A stretch of DNA of 63,264 bases, filler included, from Octopus bimaculoides (GCF_001194135.2; 7 parts of 6 records of this genome joined end to end with filler, not necessarily neighbours in it), one strand, 5' to 3'. Numbered from the whole stretch's first letter, positions 39,227 to 53,596 are shown. Translations and numbers: made by a program. The notes: generated from the letters alone by a model not told the origin.

Positions 39227-39811
39227 ATCTGCGCACATTAAATTTATGCCACACACACGTGAGCGCACACACACATACACATATACGCACACACATATAT
39301 ACTATAAAATTATCAATTGTATTATCTCCAAAGATTAAGTCTTCACTGATGAAATTTGAACGCCAGATCGAGAACTTTAAATACTAACTACTGAATCACA
39401 TCCTTAACTTTCACTATACTTCGGCAACAACTTTTCTGAAATTGATGTTTAGCAAAGTATAGCTTTTCCGATAATTTTTAGTGCAAATGAAGAAGTTAGA
39501 AAGCTAGAAAGTGTGAATGGGTTTTAAACACCATCTTGAGTGTAAAAAAAAATCCAAAGACAGTAACGAAACTGTAGAAAAGTTAGGTAATTGCTTTGGG
39601 TGGTTGACTCGGTGGCTGGTGTGTTGTTTGATGGTGAGGGTTAGTCGGTGATAATACTGTAAATTTAATCGTTGTTGAAAACTATCCATTTTCTATTGTT
39701 TTGTCTTTATGTGTGTATTCTTTTTAATTGTTTTCTCGTTAGGAGTGGAATAGCAAGTTTATTTCTCGGATATTTTTCCAGAAATGTGAAGTACAAGAAA
39801 CAAAGATGAAG

Positions 39812-39845
<34 letters not shown>

Positions 39846-40987
39846 CTCTGTATAACATTGATAAAAGAAAAAGAAATAATTCATAGAAAACTAGATAAAT
39901 TAGGTGTATTTTATTAGTAGTTCTATAACTATATATTTCACACAGGAAATATAACTTGCTAGAGCTGAAAACGAACAGTCAAATAATGTAGAAAAGGAAA
40001 ACAAAAAGACGGGAACAGAAATGAGCGATAGAAAGAAAGAAAGAAAGAAAGAAAACAATAGTAAAGAGGTGCCAAGACAAAAACACAAAAGATTGAAAAA
40101 ATATAATAGGAGAAAAAAAAAGAGAAAGACTGGTGAAAAAATGAGGTAGAGATGGTGCAAATGTTAAAAGGTAGGATGTAAAAAAGATACAGCAAGAAAA
40201 TAATACCGAGGTAAACGTCAAGAAAGAAGCATAAGGAGAAAGAAAGGCAAAATGATAGCAAAAGGCTTATTAAATAGACAAAATTCAATAAGAGAGAGAA
40301 AGAGGTGAGGGTGAGAGAGGTAAAGAAAGAAACTATCAATATTGGAAGAGAGAAACGAATAGAAAAAAAAAGAGGTAGTAAAGAAAGAGAGTTAGTGATT
40401 TTTGACATGTTAAGAGGTGCTAACAGTGAAGAGAGGTGCGGTGGGGAGAAAAATTGGAAACAGCCTGTGTGATGATGAGAAAGGCATTTTACGTCTAGAT
40501 ATCGTCCAGGGTGTACAGTAATGCGATTATTGATAATAAGCTGAAGCGTGAAATTTGAGTTCGTTTCATGAGGAGGCCTTATTGATTTCGTGATATTTGC
40601 CTTGTTTTCTACTCATGTTTATACTATCTAATTCGTCCTAAACTGATTAGAGTAGGACGCTTGTGACACATCATGGTGATTGGGTGACATATAAGACTTC
40701 GTTTCAATTCACATTTCGCGTCTATACTATACACTTGTTTTAATGTTCTATTCACTTCTGCTCTTTCCTGTTCTGTTCTCATACTCTACTAAGATGATAG
40801 TGATCAGTTCACCATTCCCCCGTATATTGTATTAAATTCGGAAACTTTTCCAGCCATTTACACAACGTCTCCAAAGGCATTTTTATGACATTATTATTTA
40901 TAATTTCAGATTGAATCTTGTACATTTTTCTCGTTTTTGTTTTAGTTTATGTTGTTATTACTAGTTTTATTATTATTATTATTGTCC

Positions 40988-41045
<58 letters not shown>

Positions 41046-41863
41046 TACATACATATATCTTCTCAGTATTTATGCACACAAATACATTCACACACAAACA
41101 CACACACACACATATATATGTGCACGCATACAAATATATAAACGAACGTAAATACATATATGAATATTTCTCTATGTGAGTACGTATGCATATGCACACA
41201 TATGCGTGTGTGTTTGTACATGAATATATGTGAATTGATACTTATATAAATGAATATCAAACAATAAAAAATATATATCATTATCAATCTATTCATCATT
41301 CTCTATACGTGTAAATGTACCCAACTATCACGCTATATCTCTTTTTCTCTCTCACGCTATATATATATATATATATATATNNNNNNNNNNNNNNNNNNNN
41401 NNNNNNNNNNNNNNNNNNNNNNNNNNNNNNNNNNNNNNNNNNNNNNNNNNNNNNNNNNNNNNNNNNNNNNNNNNNNNNNNNNNNNNNNNNNNNNNNNNNN
41501 NNNNNNNNNNNNNNNNNNNNNATATATGGCACAGGGGGAAGCGAAAAGAGATTGGCCGAGCTAAAATTCTACAGATTATTTTGCTATTTTGGTAACTCGA
41601 CACATTCGTATGAATATTATTGCAAAAAATATCAACTAACGTATATATTTTTGCTGTTTAAAAATTTACAGTTCTTTTTTTCCGTTTTTTTTTTTTTTTC
41701 GTTTACGAGACAGAGATTGGAGAATGCAATGATCTGATTTCATTTTGCGTATTTTACTAGAGCTGCCCGTAGATTATTGCCGGAGAAGTGCAGTATTTCG
41801 TTTTTATCTTTTCTGAATTAGATGTCCAGCACTACACTATAAACATTCCATAATCGGATTTAG

Positions 41864-41894
<31 letters not shown>

Positions 41895-42009
41895 CATTTT
41901 GTTTTTGTTGTTTGTGCGAAGAAAAAAGTATGCAATACTATAATAGAGACAGATTAATGTCTCTTGCTACTCTGAGTATCGCCTGTCTGTGCACAGGCTC
42001 TGCAAGCAA

Positions 42010-42328
42010 GTTACGTCTAAATTCAGGACCAGGAACTGCAAGAGTTTGAGGTTCAATGCCCTGCCACAAAAATTAAGAAATCAGCATAAGGTGGACGTAG
42101 ATGTCTTCAAAAAGTAACTAGATATCCTCCACTCCACAATACCGGATGAACCAACAACCGAATTGAGGGCAGCAAAATCAAGCTCTCTTATACACATGAT
42201 GAGACAACAGCTGGGACAAAACCACATGCATGAGTGGTGATGTGAAACACCCCAGACTGAGGAAGCAAGAAAGACCATGGTCGTGTTCCAGTATGTCCGC
42301 AGCCACATGGCTGAAACAAGTAAAAGAG
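42010..42328 (+). mobile_element. 3' end of a CR1/L2-like LINE with a SINE-A-like tail
   Basis: Translation KFRTRNCKSLRFNALPQKLRNQHKVDVDVFKK*LDILHSTIPDEP...RAAKSSSL (FN.LP...FK..LD..L..IPDEP pattern), followed by ...CCAGTATGTCCGCAGCCACATGGCTGAAACAAGTAAAAGA. Confidence 0.75.
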
Positions 42329-42330
42329 TA

Positions 42331-42366
<36 letters not shown>

Positions 42367-42783
42367 TATAATAGAGAATTAGACAAGAACGGGAAACATC
42401 CAGACACTTAGGGGATACAAGAAAGGAACAAAACATACAGATAGACGGTACAAAGAAAACACGGACATGTCATTCGGAGTTTTTCTCTCTCAGGTCGAGA
42501 TCCAGGTTATCTGTGCAATTTCGACTGGTTATTCTCGATATTGCTCCAATCTGGCCGCACTTATTCATGTANNNNNNNNNNNNNNNNNNNNNNNNNNNNN
42601 NNNNNNNNNNNNNNNNNNNNNNNNNNNNNNNNNNNNNNNNNNNNNNNNNNNNNNNNNNNNNNNNNNNNNNNNNNNNNNNNNNNNNNNNNNNNNNNNNNNN
42701 NNNNNNNNNNNNNNNNNNNNNNNNNNNNNNNNNNNNNNNNNNNNNNNNNNNNNNNNNNNNNNNNNNNNNNNNNNNNNNNNNNN

Positions 42784-42827
<44 letters not shown>

Positions 42828-43007
42828 GATTTACTGGGATTGTGAATATCTTCGAAGTTTCAGCTTGCTTACTTCGTTATGCGAGGTAGCTGAATCTTCG
42901 GAATCACTGTCAATTTTTTTACGTGTAAAGGTGTAATAAACATGTGTTCTACTAAAAATAAGTATTGAGTAATCGTTCAATTTAATGTTAACTTAGTTAC
43001 ATGCACA

Positions 43008-43095
43008 TAAATTGGTTACATGTGTATATAAGATTAATATAAAATTGGTTACATGTGTTTATAATTCTAATGTAAAATTGGTTACATGTATATAA
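43008..43095. repeat. 33-bp minisatellite, ~3 copies
   Basis: ATTGGTTACATG recurs at 43011, 43044 and 43077. Confidence 0.85.
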
Positions 43096-43591
43096 CATGT
43101 ATATATCAAAATAAACAATAATATGTAAATCCCATCCCATCCTTTAAAGCCGTCAGTTGACGGCAATTAACATGTTTCTTGAACACGAAGCGATTGTATG
43201 AAACACAATCTTTTACAATTGCCTCATGTATTAAATTTGTTTTATTTATCCTTACAGAATTGGCTATGGATTTTCTAATTGCGATGTTGCTAATCATTAG
43301 CAGTCAAGTAAAGAATCAAATGAGGACAACGAACATGTTGTCTTTGAGTGTTGTATTAAAACAGTATTTTAACTCGAGGTGAAGCGAATGATGGAATCAA
43401 TAGTGTTCACTCATATCTTTAATGACTGCCTCAGTAATCTCATGCCCATTTTCAATTGGTACTTGTTAGTAAAGCGTGAATATGACACAAACTTCCAATT
43501 ATTGCCTGTTTGCCCTGTTGGACTGCGGTTTATCATTGAAATTCTTTCCGTTTCTCTTTTGTGTCAGCCCGTTGTCTCTTTGTGTATGCGT

Positions 43592-43647
<56 letters not shown>

Positions 43648-44128
43648 AGCGCACGTGCGTTTCGTATGTATCTACGTGTGTATGTATATGTATATGAATA
43701 TATGTATGTTATCACACACGCACACTCACAAATTTATGAGATTTAAATACTGACCATTCGCTCCTTAAGTTTCCCTTCCATTCCTTCCTGTTCTATCTCA
43801 AACGCTGAAGAGTTTCTTGCATCATCTCTTTATCTCACTATCACTGTCATTCTTACTCTATCTCTACACATCCTGGCACTTTTAGTCTCATAATTGTTTT
43901 TTCTCTCGGTTTTCCATTTCTCGCTCCTTTTATACTCTTATATACACACTAATTCGTTTTCATCTAATAACAAAACTTTACTTTTATCTGTTACTCCATG
44001 TTAGTACCTGTTCACTGTAATCCCTTAATATAGCTACTGATATCCTTCCCTCACATTTACTCATTTCTCCTCCACCTTCATGTTCTGTTTTACACACATT
44101 TTTTCTCTCTCCTTGTTTCTTTCTGTGT

Positions 44129-44270
44129 TTCATTCTGTAGAAGAGCGTAGGCTCGAAACGTTAAAGACTTGTTTCAATTCCTGAGTGTTATACTAATACA
44201 TCTGTTTGTTTTCTGCACAACCTGTCTTCGTCTTTTGTTTTTTTCTTGTGAATTCTCCTTATATATATAT
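44129..44270 (+). mobile_element. Short dispersed repeat carrying a minimal hammerhead-like motif (second copy ~49055-49180)
   Basis: CTGTAGA-A-GAGC GTAG GCTC-GAAA-CG-TT-AAAGA, then ...ACCTGTCTTCGTCTTTTG; a homologous copy lies at 49060-49170. Confidence 0.65.
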
Positions 44271-47250
44271 ATATAAATGTGTGTGTGTGTGTGTGTGTGT
44301 GCGTATATATGTATATATATGTGTGTGTTTGTGTTTGTATGCATATAAGCACACACACACACGCACACACACACACGCACACACACACACGCACACACAC
44401 ACACACAGATATATTTATGAGACTTGTAAGTTTATTGTACTGACTCTTTCTCTCCCTTCTACTTCAAATTTCTTTTCCATTCACACTTGTTCTCTTTCAA
44501 ACTCCGAATCATTCTTCATATTCTCTATCTTACACTGTCATTGTCTCACATTCTTTTTTTTATCTCTACACATAGTGGCACTTTAAGTCATATAATCCTT
44601 CTTCTTTTACTTTATTCCCTCATTCTTCCTCGTATTTCTTTCACTCATATGCTCCTTCATTCATTATCATCTAATGACAAAACTCGGTCAGTAACTGTAA
44701 ATCCAGAATTACCAGCTCATTGTAATACTCTATCTATAAAGATAAATCTACTGATCCCTTCTGTTACACTTACTCTTTCCCTCTTGTTCTTCTTAACCTT
44801 TTTCTCAATCTCCCCTTCTATTTCCTTCTATTTTCGTCTCTTCATTTTTCTTATATTTCCTCTAACTGAATTCTCTTTCCTTCTCTTATTTTTCCTAATC
44901 TTTTACAATTTCTTTTGCTTTTTTTTCTTCTTTTTTACTCTTACTTCGACTTCCCTTTCTCATTTTATTTTTGTTTTTCGTATTTGTTATCTTTACCTTC
45001 CTCTGTCTTCCAACTCCTCTTTCTCCATCCCCTTCTGCGCCCCACTGATATTATCTTTGCAGTCTTCACCCTTATTCACGAAGTACAAGAAAACAACACC
45101 ACCATTCTTGGAGCTGCTTGTTTCGGCCATGTCCTGCAGCTATTATACAACTAACCACTAGAGTCTCGTAAAACTGATCGTTATATCAGCATATCGGAGG
45201 GATACAGCGTGGTTTGCTTCGCTATAAGTGTTGACGAAAACAACTGACTGTGTTTTCTTTCTTACCGCTCTTACTTGACCTTAACACAGCAAACACACAA
45301 ACAACATTATTTAAACGACACACAACACGCCGCTGCACACGTAATCACGTTCAGACACACGACAAAAATAACTTATAAACACAGACATAATACGTATACT
45401 TTCACATATATGTATGTGAACAGATTCAGACATACATACATACACTTGTATGAGTTGAGTATTGACGCTGAAGAGGAATATATCGCTTGAAGAAGAGAAA
45501 GAAATAGGATAATTAGTTGGTTCCAACCACTTATGATATAAGTGTATATGGGTGATTCGATGTGGGTAGATGTGCGTTGATGTGGGTTTGGTTCCTTATT
45601 TTCTCTGAAATATGAAACACCGTATGCGTGTATTACTCAAAAGTAAGTGGTTCAGATATGTATGTATTTACAACCAAACATCGCGAATATATACACACGT
45701 ACACTTGCACAAAGAAAAATACATTTATATATGTATATATTGTATGTGTTCATTATATATACGCACGCATACACACACACGTACATATATATGTTTGCTT
45801 ATATACATATATGTATAGATGTGTGTGTGTGTGAATGTCTGCGTGTATGTGTAGACGTATATATGTGTGTATGTGCACATATATTAAAAAAACACCAAAA
45901 GCATACACACATGAAGGAGAGGGAGGAAGAGAGAGCAAGTAAGAGGGAGGGAATGATGTTTTGCACGTCGTATTGAAAACACGACTGTGTTTTAGTAAGT
46001 TTTAGCCAAAGGTTTTTCATATCCTATGAGACCATGGGGTAAAAATATATCATCTGGATGCACCAACAACAATTATAACACTGCCTCTTTATTGCTGGCA
46101 GGGGCAATAAAAGTATTGCTAACATTACAATCCAGAATTTATTTTTTTAATCCAATAGTTTGATATCATTTATCAAGTGTATATATTTGTGATATATCAT
46201 TATTTTGCATTATAACTATTGTTTTATTATTAATCGTCAATTTTTGTAGAGAAATCTGAGAGAACATGTGTTTGATACTCATATTTTCATATCTATTTTG
46301 TCTTTTGTTGTGATTTAAGGTGCGGGGAAATTACTATACACAATTGTTGGGTCCAATGACTGCTACTATTGAACTCCTGCAGTTTGTGTTATTCATCTAT
46401 GCTTTTGAATTTTGAGCAAATCCCAGTGTTCAATCGCAGCTTCTACACAATTTGTTGGCTTGCGGATTATTATTGAAATAAAGCCATTTAATTTTAAAAT
46501 TTTTGTTGTATATTGCCAGTGTTACATTATGTATGAGTGAGATTAAAAAAAAAACAACTCTGTTTAATTTTATTCCTTTCAACTCTTTCCTGAAGATTGG
46601 GTCTAACAGAAACGTCGACTTTTCTATTCCTCACAGAAAATTGGGCGTAATTTTGTCGAATTTATTAAACAATACAAGTCTTGCCGTTGTAGATCAACGC
46701 CAGTTTCTCTCGAATTTGTATGATTGTATATATGTGTTTGCATGTTTGTGTGTGTGTGTGTGTGTGCGCGTGCGCGTGCGTGCGTGCGTGTGCGCGCGCA
46801 TAATAGAAGAGAAACCTAGCCTGAATAGGAAACTAGAATGGAACACTAACACACACCACTAACAAACCACAAACCATAACATGTGACATGTTACCCATAA
46901 ACCAATAATAATATGAACAAAATATAATACAATACATAGATAAACAAATGAAATTAAATACTACATACGTTAACAAAATTTAATCAAACACAAAAAAAAA
47001 ACAGTAGATAAAAAAAACCAACAGAAAAAACACACACATGAACAAATAAATAAATAAGAACAAATACAAACAAACACGTATTAACAGAGAATATAGGTGA
47101 TACAGACACTCCCCATACACACACATGCACTTACAAAAGACATAGACACATTGAAGGACACGCATGCGTAGACACATACACTAGGAATACAAAATACAAA
47201 ATGGCTGATAGTTAGCAAGGTGAGACACACATAAGAAAGAAGGAAACAAA

Positions 47251-47300
47251 GGACCACTGATGAGGTCACAGAACTCTGACCGAAATAAGATTAAGATTAA
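47251..47300 (+). ncRNA. Hammerhead core with intact stem II but degenerate stems I/III
   Basis: CTGATGA(47257-63) GGTCA-cagaactc-TGACC GAAA(47282-85) TAAGAT TA AGATTAA; 3' layout parallels 10353-10371. Confidence 0.5.
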
Positions 47301-47426
47301 TGNNNNNNNNNNNNNNNNNNNNNNNNNNNNNNNNNNNNNNNNNNNNNNNNNNNNNNNNNNNNNNNNNNNNNNNNNNNNNNNNNNNNNNNNNNNNNNNNNN
47401 NNNNNNNNNNNNNNNNNNNNNNNNNN

Positions 47427-47459
<33 letters not shown>

Positions 47460-49171
47460 ATACATATATATGTATTTATGTATGTTTGTATGCACGGTTG
47501 CCTTTATATAAATGAGAATGGTGTGACTGTGTGCTTTCCTGTGTGTCCTATGTGCAGTTTATTTCGAAGATGAAGTCGAAATTTGCATTTACCATACCTT
47601 TTATAGTGGTCGTGAAGTTGATAGGCATTATGTCGGCGTTAGATATATAAATATAAATATATGTAAGCAGAACAATTAAACACCAATAAATATAATGAAA
47701 ACAAGGCCTCGATAAAACAAAAATATATAATTAAATTTGTAATGAAAAATTTTTTTTTTTAATATTTCCTGATGTCCTCTTTGAGATAAAGAGTCATCCA
47801 TGCTAAAAACTGTAAAATATATAGAAAACAAGGAAACGAAAGAAAATAAACCATTTTTTCTTTTGTTACCCATGTCCCCATTTTATAATTCATCACCTAC
47901 CCAGTTCTGTTTCTCCTCTCAATCTCACCCTCACGTGCTCCACTTCTTTTCATTCTATCACTCTCCCTTATTTTGGTGATAATAACACAGACTTGATTGA
48001 GTTAGATATTTATCATAATGATCACTGCATTGATATCGTCGCCTTCATCCCTGTTAACATTATCATTCTTAAAATCATCATTGTCATCAACGTCATCGTC
48101 ATATTTTTAGTCGTCAGTGTCATACTCGTCATCAACTTTGACATCGTCCTCATCGTCTATATCGTTGTCATCCACGCATCCCTGGCACTTTTGTTATCGC
48201 CCGTCATATATCGTAGGATATGCTCGTTACTGGTACTATGAACTTTAGAGTACCTGCGCAGGTGTGTTTGCGCGTATTTTCACGTATATACAATTAATAT
48301 ATTGGCTGTTGTATGTGAATGATAATTATGCATGATGTACGTAGAGCAGAAATGTATTTGTGTAAGCAACGAGATAGAAATCTAGAGGAAGAAAGTATGT
48401 GTTTGTACTTTGTGTGGCTGCCATACAATTATGGTGAAGAGATTTACTTGAATTTGAAGTTGAAATATTTTCACAGTTTACGTTTCAGTCAACGGTAGAC
48501 ACAAAGCTGTAAACAGATGTATCAAATTTTGTTCACAAATCTTTTTGTAAATAAAGTCGGTCTCTGTTCGAGCTTAGGATTCATGAATGAATGTATGTAG
48601 ACAGGTAAGTTGATCAGACAGCATTAGTTGATCAGACATGTTAGTTTCAGGCTGAATTGGTGTAGGTGCAATTTACCTCCTATTCGACATTTTTAATGTG
48701 GATAATCTGGGAATCATAATTTCGGCTGTGAAGCTATGAATATTTATTGGGGCTTTATAATCTGCTTCGAGTGTCCAAATTTGTATATATTATTATGAGA
48801 CAAATGCATTCATGGAGCTGCAAGACGTCACTTATACACCCAGAGCAATGCATTTATCTAAATATATATCCATTGTAAATGATACGTATGTACACACACA
48901 CGTATACACACAAGCACGCACACAAATACACACACACGCACTCATATATGTGAGTATACAGTTATGCTGCATATATATGTATAGATATATTCGCCATGCT
49001 TGACCGCTAAATACACAAGTTTTTTGTTATTCTCTCTGTTTATTATCTCATACTCCGTGCTGTTGAAGAGCGTAGGGTTAAAGCGTAAATACCTCCTCAC
49101 TTACCCGAGCGTAAAACTAATACACCTGCTTGTTGTTCATACACCTGTCTTCGCCTTTTGTTTTTCTGTAA

Positions 49172-49222
<51 letters not shown>

Positions 49223-50233
49223 ATGTGTTTGTGTATACTCAAATAAAAACTATTGTGAAATGCTTCACTAAATTGTTCTGTACATATTACTCATATACGT
49301 GACAGATTTTAAAAAAAAAAAACATTGTTAAGTAACTCACAATAAAGTACTCAGAATAATTTAATTTCAAAATAGTGTATGTCAGGTAAAATATATTTCG
49401 CTTCGCCTTCAGAGCAGAAAAATAATTTTTCAGACTCTTGGTTACAAAGTAAATATGGAAATTAGACTAAATATTTATTGAATATATTCAAGTATTTATA
49501 TGCATGTCAAGAAACGCTCCATACAAAATTTGCAATATGAAATGAAAATTATTTCTATGCTTTTAATGTGTGGACACAAGAAGCTGGTACCTACTGACGG
49601 ATCAGTTAAAGTTTATCAACAGTTCCTCAGAGAAGACAGACACCGTGCCCTTCCATGATTACCAAAATAGATGACCTGCTATATATGTTACCAGAAATTT
49701 ACGCTAGCACAGCGGGTGATAGTTTAATTCAGATATTTATCCATTTGATGGTTTGCTATTATCAGAAGAAATGTCGGAAGAAATATCAGAAGAAATGTCT
49801 TAAATTGAACATTTCAAAACTGCACGTGTATATATATATATATATATATATNNNNNNNNNNNNNNNNNNNNNNNNNNNNNNNNNNNNNNNNNNNNTTAAT
49901 TAATTAANNNNNNNNNNNNNNNNNNNNNNNNNNNNNNNNNNNNNNNNNNNNGATGCTGGTGTGTTTATGTCCCCGTAACTTAGCGGTTCAGCAAAAATTT
50001 TTATTAATATTTGGTAAGATGAATTTCATCATCGAAACCAGTAATATTCTATATTTTGAATATATAAAAAAAAGTTTTTTAATCATTTTATTCATTTTTT
50101 CCGAAATAAAATGTCTTAAATTTACTTCTGTACTATTTCCACCTCCATCTTTTATATATAAAAATTTGATTTGTATAGATCTCAAATCTTTTTTCAACAC
50201 ACACACACACACACGCACATGCACACACACATA

Positions 50234-50395
50234 TACGACAAGCTTTCAGTTTCCGTCTACCAAATCCACTCACAAGGCTTTGGTCAGCCCGAAACTATAG
50301 TAGAAGGCACTTGCTCTAGGTGCCATGCAGTGGGACTGAACACAGAACAATGTGGTTGGGAAGTAAGCTTCTTACCACTCAGGCAAGCCTGCGCC
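50234..50395 (-). mobile_element. SINE family A, 5' half
   Basis: Reverse complement of the head and core seen at 1368 and 33007. Confidence 0.85.
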
Positions 50396-50527
50396 TATAC
50401 ATACATACATACATACATACATACATACATACATACATACATACAGAGACAGACGGGCAGGCAGAGAGCGCTGATGTTGAAATAAATTAAAATAAATCGA
50501 AATTGCCCAATAATAAATAATAATAAT

Positions 50528-50695
50528 AAGGCTGGAAATTTTAAGAGTGGTGGCTAGTCGATTACATCGACCCCATTGTTCAACTGATACTTATTTTATC
50601 GACCCCAAAAAGATTGAAGACGAAGTCGATTTCAACGGAATTTGAACTAAGAACGTAAAGACGGCGTACTAACTATTCTTCCAGCTCGCCGCCTT
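50528..50695 (-). mobile_element. SINE family B, internally deleted
   Basis: Head GGCGGCGAGCTGG and body homology. Confidence 0.8.
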
Positions 50696-53318
50696 ATATA
50701 ATAAATGCAACATGTAATATACAATATATAATATATAATACAATTTTTAAAATCATATAGAATGTCAATAAAAATTACGGAAAAATAAAAGAAAAAGGTA
50801 AACGTATCCAACAATACGTATTTTTTTAAACTAATGAATCAAATCGATCGATAATAATTGGCAAAGCTTATATAAGCTGTAAACATAGGTAATAGTCTAG
50901 AAATCAAGAATTTCGAAGAGTGTCTACACTCATTTAAAGCAAATTTATCTTTTACACTCAAGCACAACGAACATTTTGTAGAATTCTGGTAAGATCCATT
51001 CCTGTGTAGGCTAGTTTTTTCCAAGATAGACCATTGTGTCATACAGGGGCAGGATCACACATATTTATCAATACATACAAATTATTATATCATCCTAAAT
51101 ACTCACAACTGTCTGATTATCAGCTACGTGGAACTCTGAATACTTTGTGAAGTCTTTTCACCTTCAATAAAATACTACTTTACTCTACCTTTGGTATTCG
51201 AGTACTATTTTTCGGCCTTGTTTTACACCTGTGCTTACATGAGTGTGTGTGTTCGCGCACACTCGTGTGTGCGTATGTGTACGCGCGCGTTCATGTATGC
51301 ATGTATGTGTGTGTGTGTGTGTGTAAGCAATAGCACTTGACAAGTAATTATTTTTTCAAGTTTGGGAGGATGAAAAGTAGCGTCGGCCTCGATTAAATTT
51401 TTAGCCAGTACGTAAAAGTGTGAATGCGTTTGGTATTCGAATGAGAAGAGCCCACCTCATGTTTTCTCTCCATTGTTATGAGTGCATACACATCCCCACA
51501 CTATTTACTCTTGTGTATGTATACATATATGTGTCTGTATATGTGTATCTGTATGAATATGTGAATTATTTTCTTTTTTATTATTACTTTACTCGTTTCA
51601 GTCATTTGATACAGCCATAGAGGAAGCCTGTGAGAACTGGAATCAATATACATTGGAGAAACTTCTAGGAGTTTAGCGGAGAGACTAGACATGGTAGAAG
51701 TACAATGACAGGAAACAGATCTTTTCCTTTTCATGGGCAGCTTGATTAATTAATTTTCTTTAACTAAATACTTTGAAACTTCGGATACTGGTAGAATGTG
51801 TCATATAGAACATCTTTTACTCTTAGCGTTGTTGAGAAAAGTTTCTATTTACGAAGTTATTTCGTGTTAAAGTTGTTGTATTTCGGTAATTTCAACCAAT
51901 CAATGATGTGTATTCAGCTGAATAAAATTACTGCTGTTGTTTGTCAGCAACAACTTCCGGCGGTGTATATTTCGTTTGTCACTGTTATTTATGACATATT
52001 TCATTTCAGTTACGTTTGTATGAATAAACGTGTGTATCTGAAGCATGTTTACTTCATGGCAACACCATAATCGTTCGTGCATTTCTACTGCTTTTAGTTT
52101 TCTTTTTCCTGGTTTTCAGCTACTATTTTCGGAAAGACTTTTTTGCCCCCCCCCCCTACGTCACTCCCTCCAATTTCTTCATTTTCACTTTTTTCCGTAA
52201 CTCTANNNNNNNNNNNNNNNNNNNNNNNNNNNNNNNNNNNNNNNNNNNNTTAATTAATTAANNNNNNNNNNNNNNNNNNNNNNNNNNNNNNNNNNNNNNN
52301 NNNNNTATATCCTAAGCATATTCTCATTGGATTCACGTACAGACAGGGGATTCGCATACATGAATGTATACCAAGACTCGAATAGTGACATACGCACACA
52401 CATATATATGAACATGCGCGCACACACACACACACACACACGCACGTACACACACACGCACACATATACATACTCTTTCTCTCTCTCACACACACTCTGT
52501 CTTGCTCTTTCTCTCTCTCACTCTGTCTCTCTCACTCTGTCTCTATCACTTTTTCTCTCTCTCTTTCACACACACACATACACACACTCCCTTTTGCACA
52601 CTCTCTCTCTCTCACATATATACTATGACTCTCTGTTCCTCTCTTTCACATTCTCTCTTTCTCTCTCTCTCTCTCTATCTCTATCTCACCCTTTCATTTA
52701 TATACACACGCTCTAACTATATCTCTCTCACACATACAGACGCACATTTACACACACACACACAAACACACACATTTATACACACACACACATACACACA
52801 CACTCACACGCGCATATTCACACATAGCCATACAAAAACAGGTACACAACGTGAGAAAGCTATAAAACAGAAAACGATGGTAAAGCTGTCAAAAAAAAAA
52901 TAGAGATAAAACAGCAACACAAATAAAAATATAGTTTAAATAAAACAGATATAAAATAATTAAAAATATAAATCTTCCCAAGCTCTCCAGTTAAGTGTCA
53001 TGTTGAGAGATTGTCAGAACGGTAAATTCCACTAAACATAACTAATAACTGACAAAAATTGTCACAGTATTTAAATATCTTTTTTAATACATATTTTTTT
53101 CTCTCTCCTATATTGAGTTATGAAGAAATATAGAAGAATTGTTGCTAATAGAGAAGAGCAGCAGCTTAATTTAAATACTCTTGTCCTCTCAGTTTAATTT
53201 CCGTTTCGTTCTCTATTGCTTGAACATCGATCTCGTCCCTGGATGATTTCAGCAGCAGATCAATTTTGAGTTTGTTTGTTTTTTTGCTTTTTTTCTTTCT
53301 TTATTTATTTATTTAGTC

Positions 53319-53492
53319 CAGTGGTTCCCAACCTGAGGTCCACGGACCGCTGGTAGTATTATTGCTGGGTAGTACAAGGGGTCCGCGAAGTAAATTCAAA
53401 ATTTTATTTATATATATATATGCATAAGGATATGTATATTAAAAGGGGTCCGAGAGAAAACTCGTTTAAATAAAAGGGGTTTGGAACCACTG
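53319..53492. mobile_element. hAT (Charlie-like) MITE
   Basis: TIRs CAGTGGTTCCCAAC / TTTGGAACCACTG; the 8-bp flanks do not match, so no TSD is visible. Confidence 0.75.
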
Positions 53493-53596
53493 TGAAAAGA
53501 TTCGGAACTACTGAGTTAGTTGAGGTGGTGAACTATCATAACCACAGCTATCACTATTATGACTGTCACAACTACTACCATAACTGCTGTCACGAT

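Noticed and set aside
42465-42500. CTGAGAG..CTCCGAATGACATGTC as a minus-strand hammerhead
   Set aside because: The core deviates at several invariant positions and there is no stem I.
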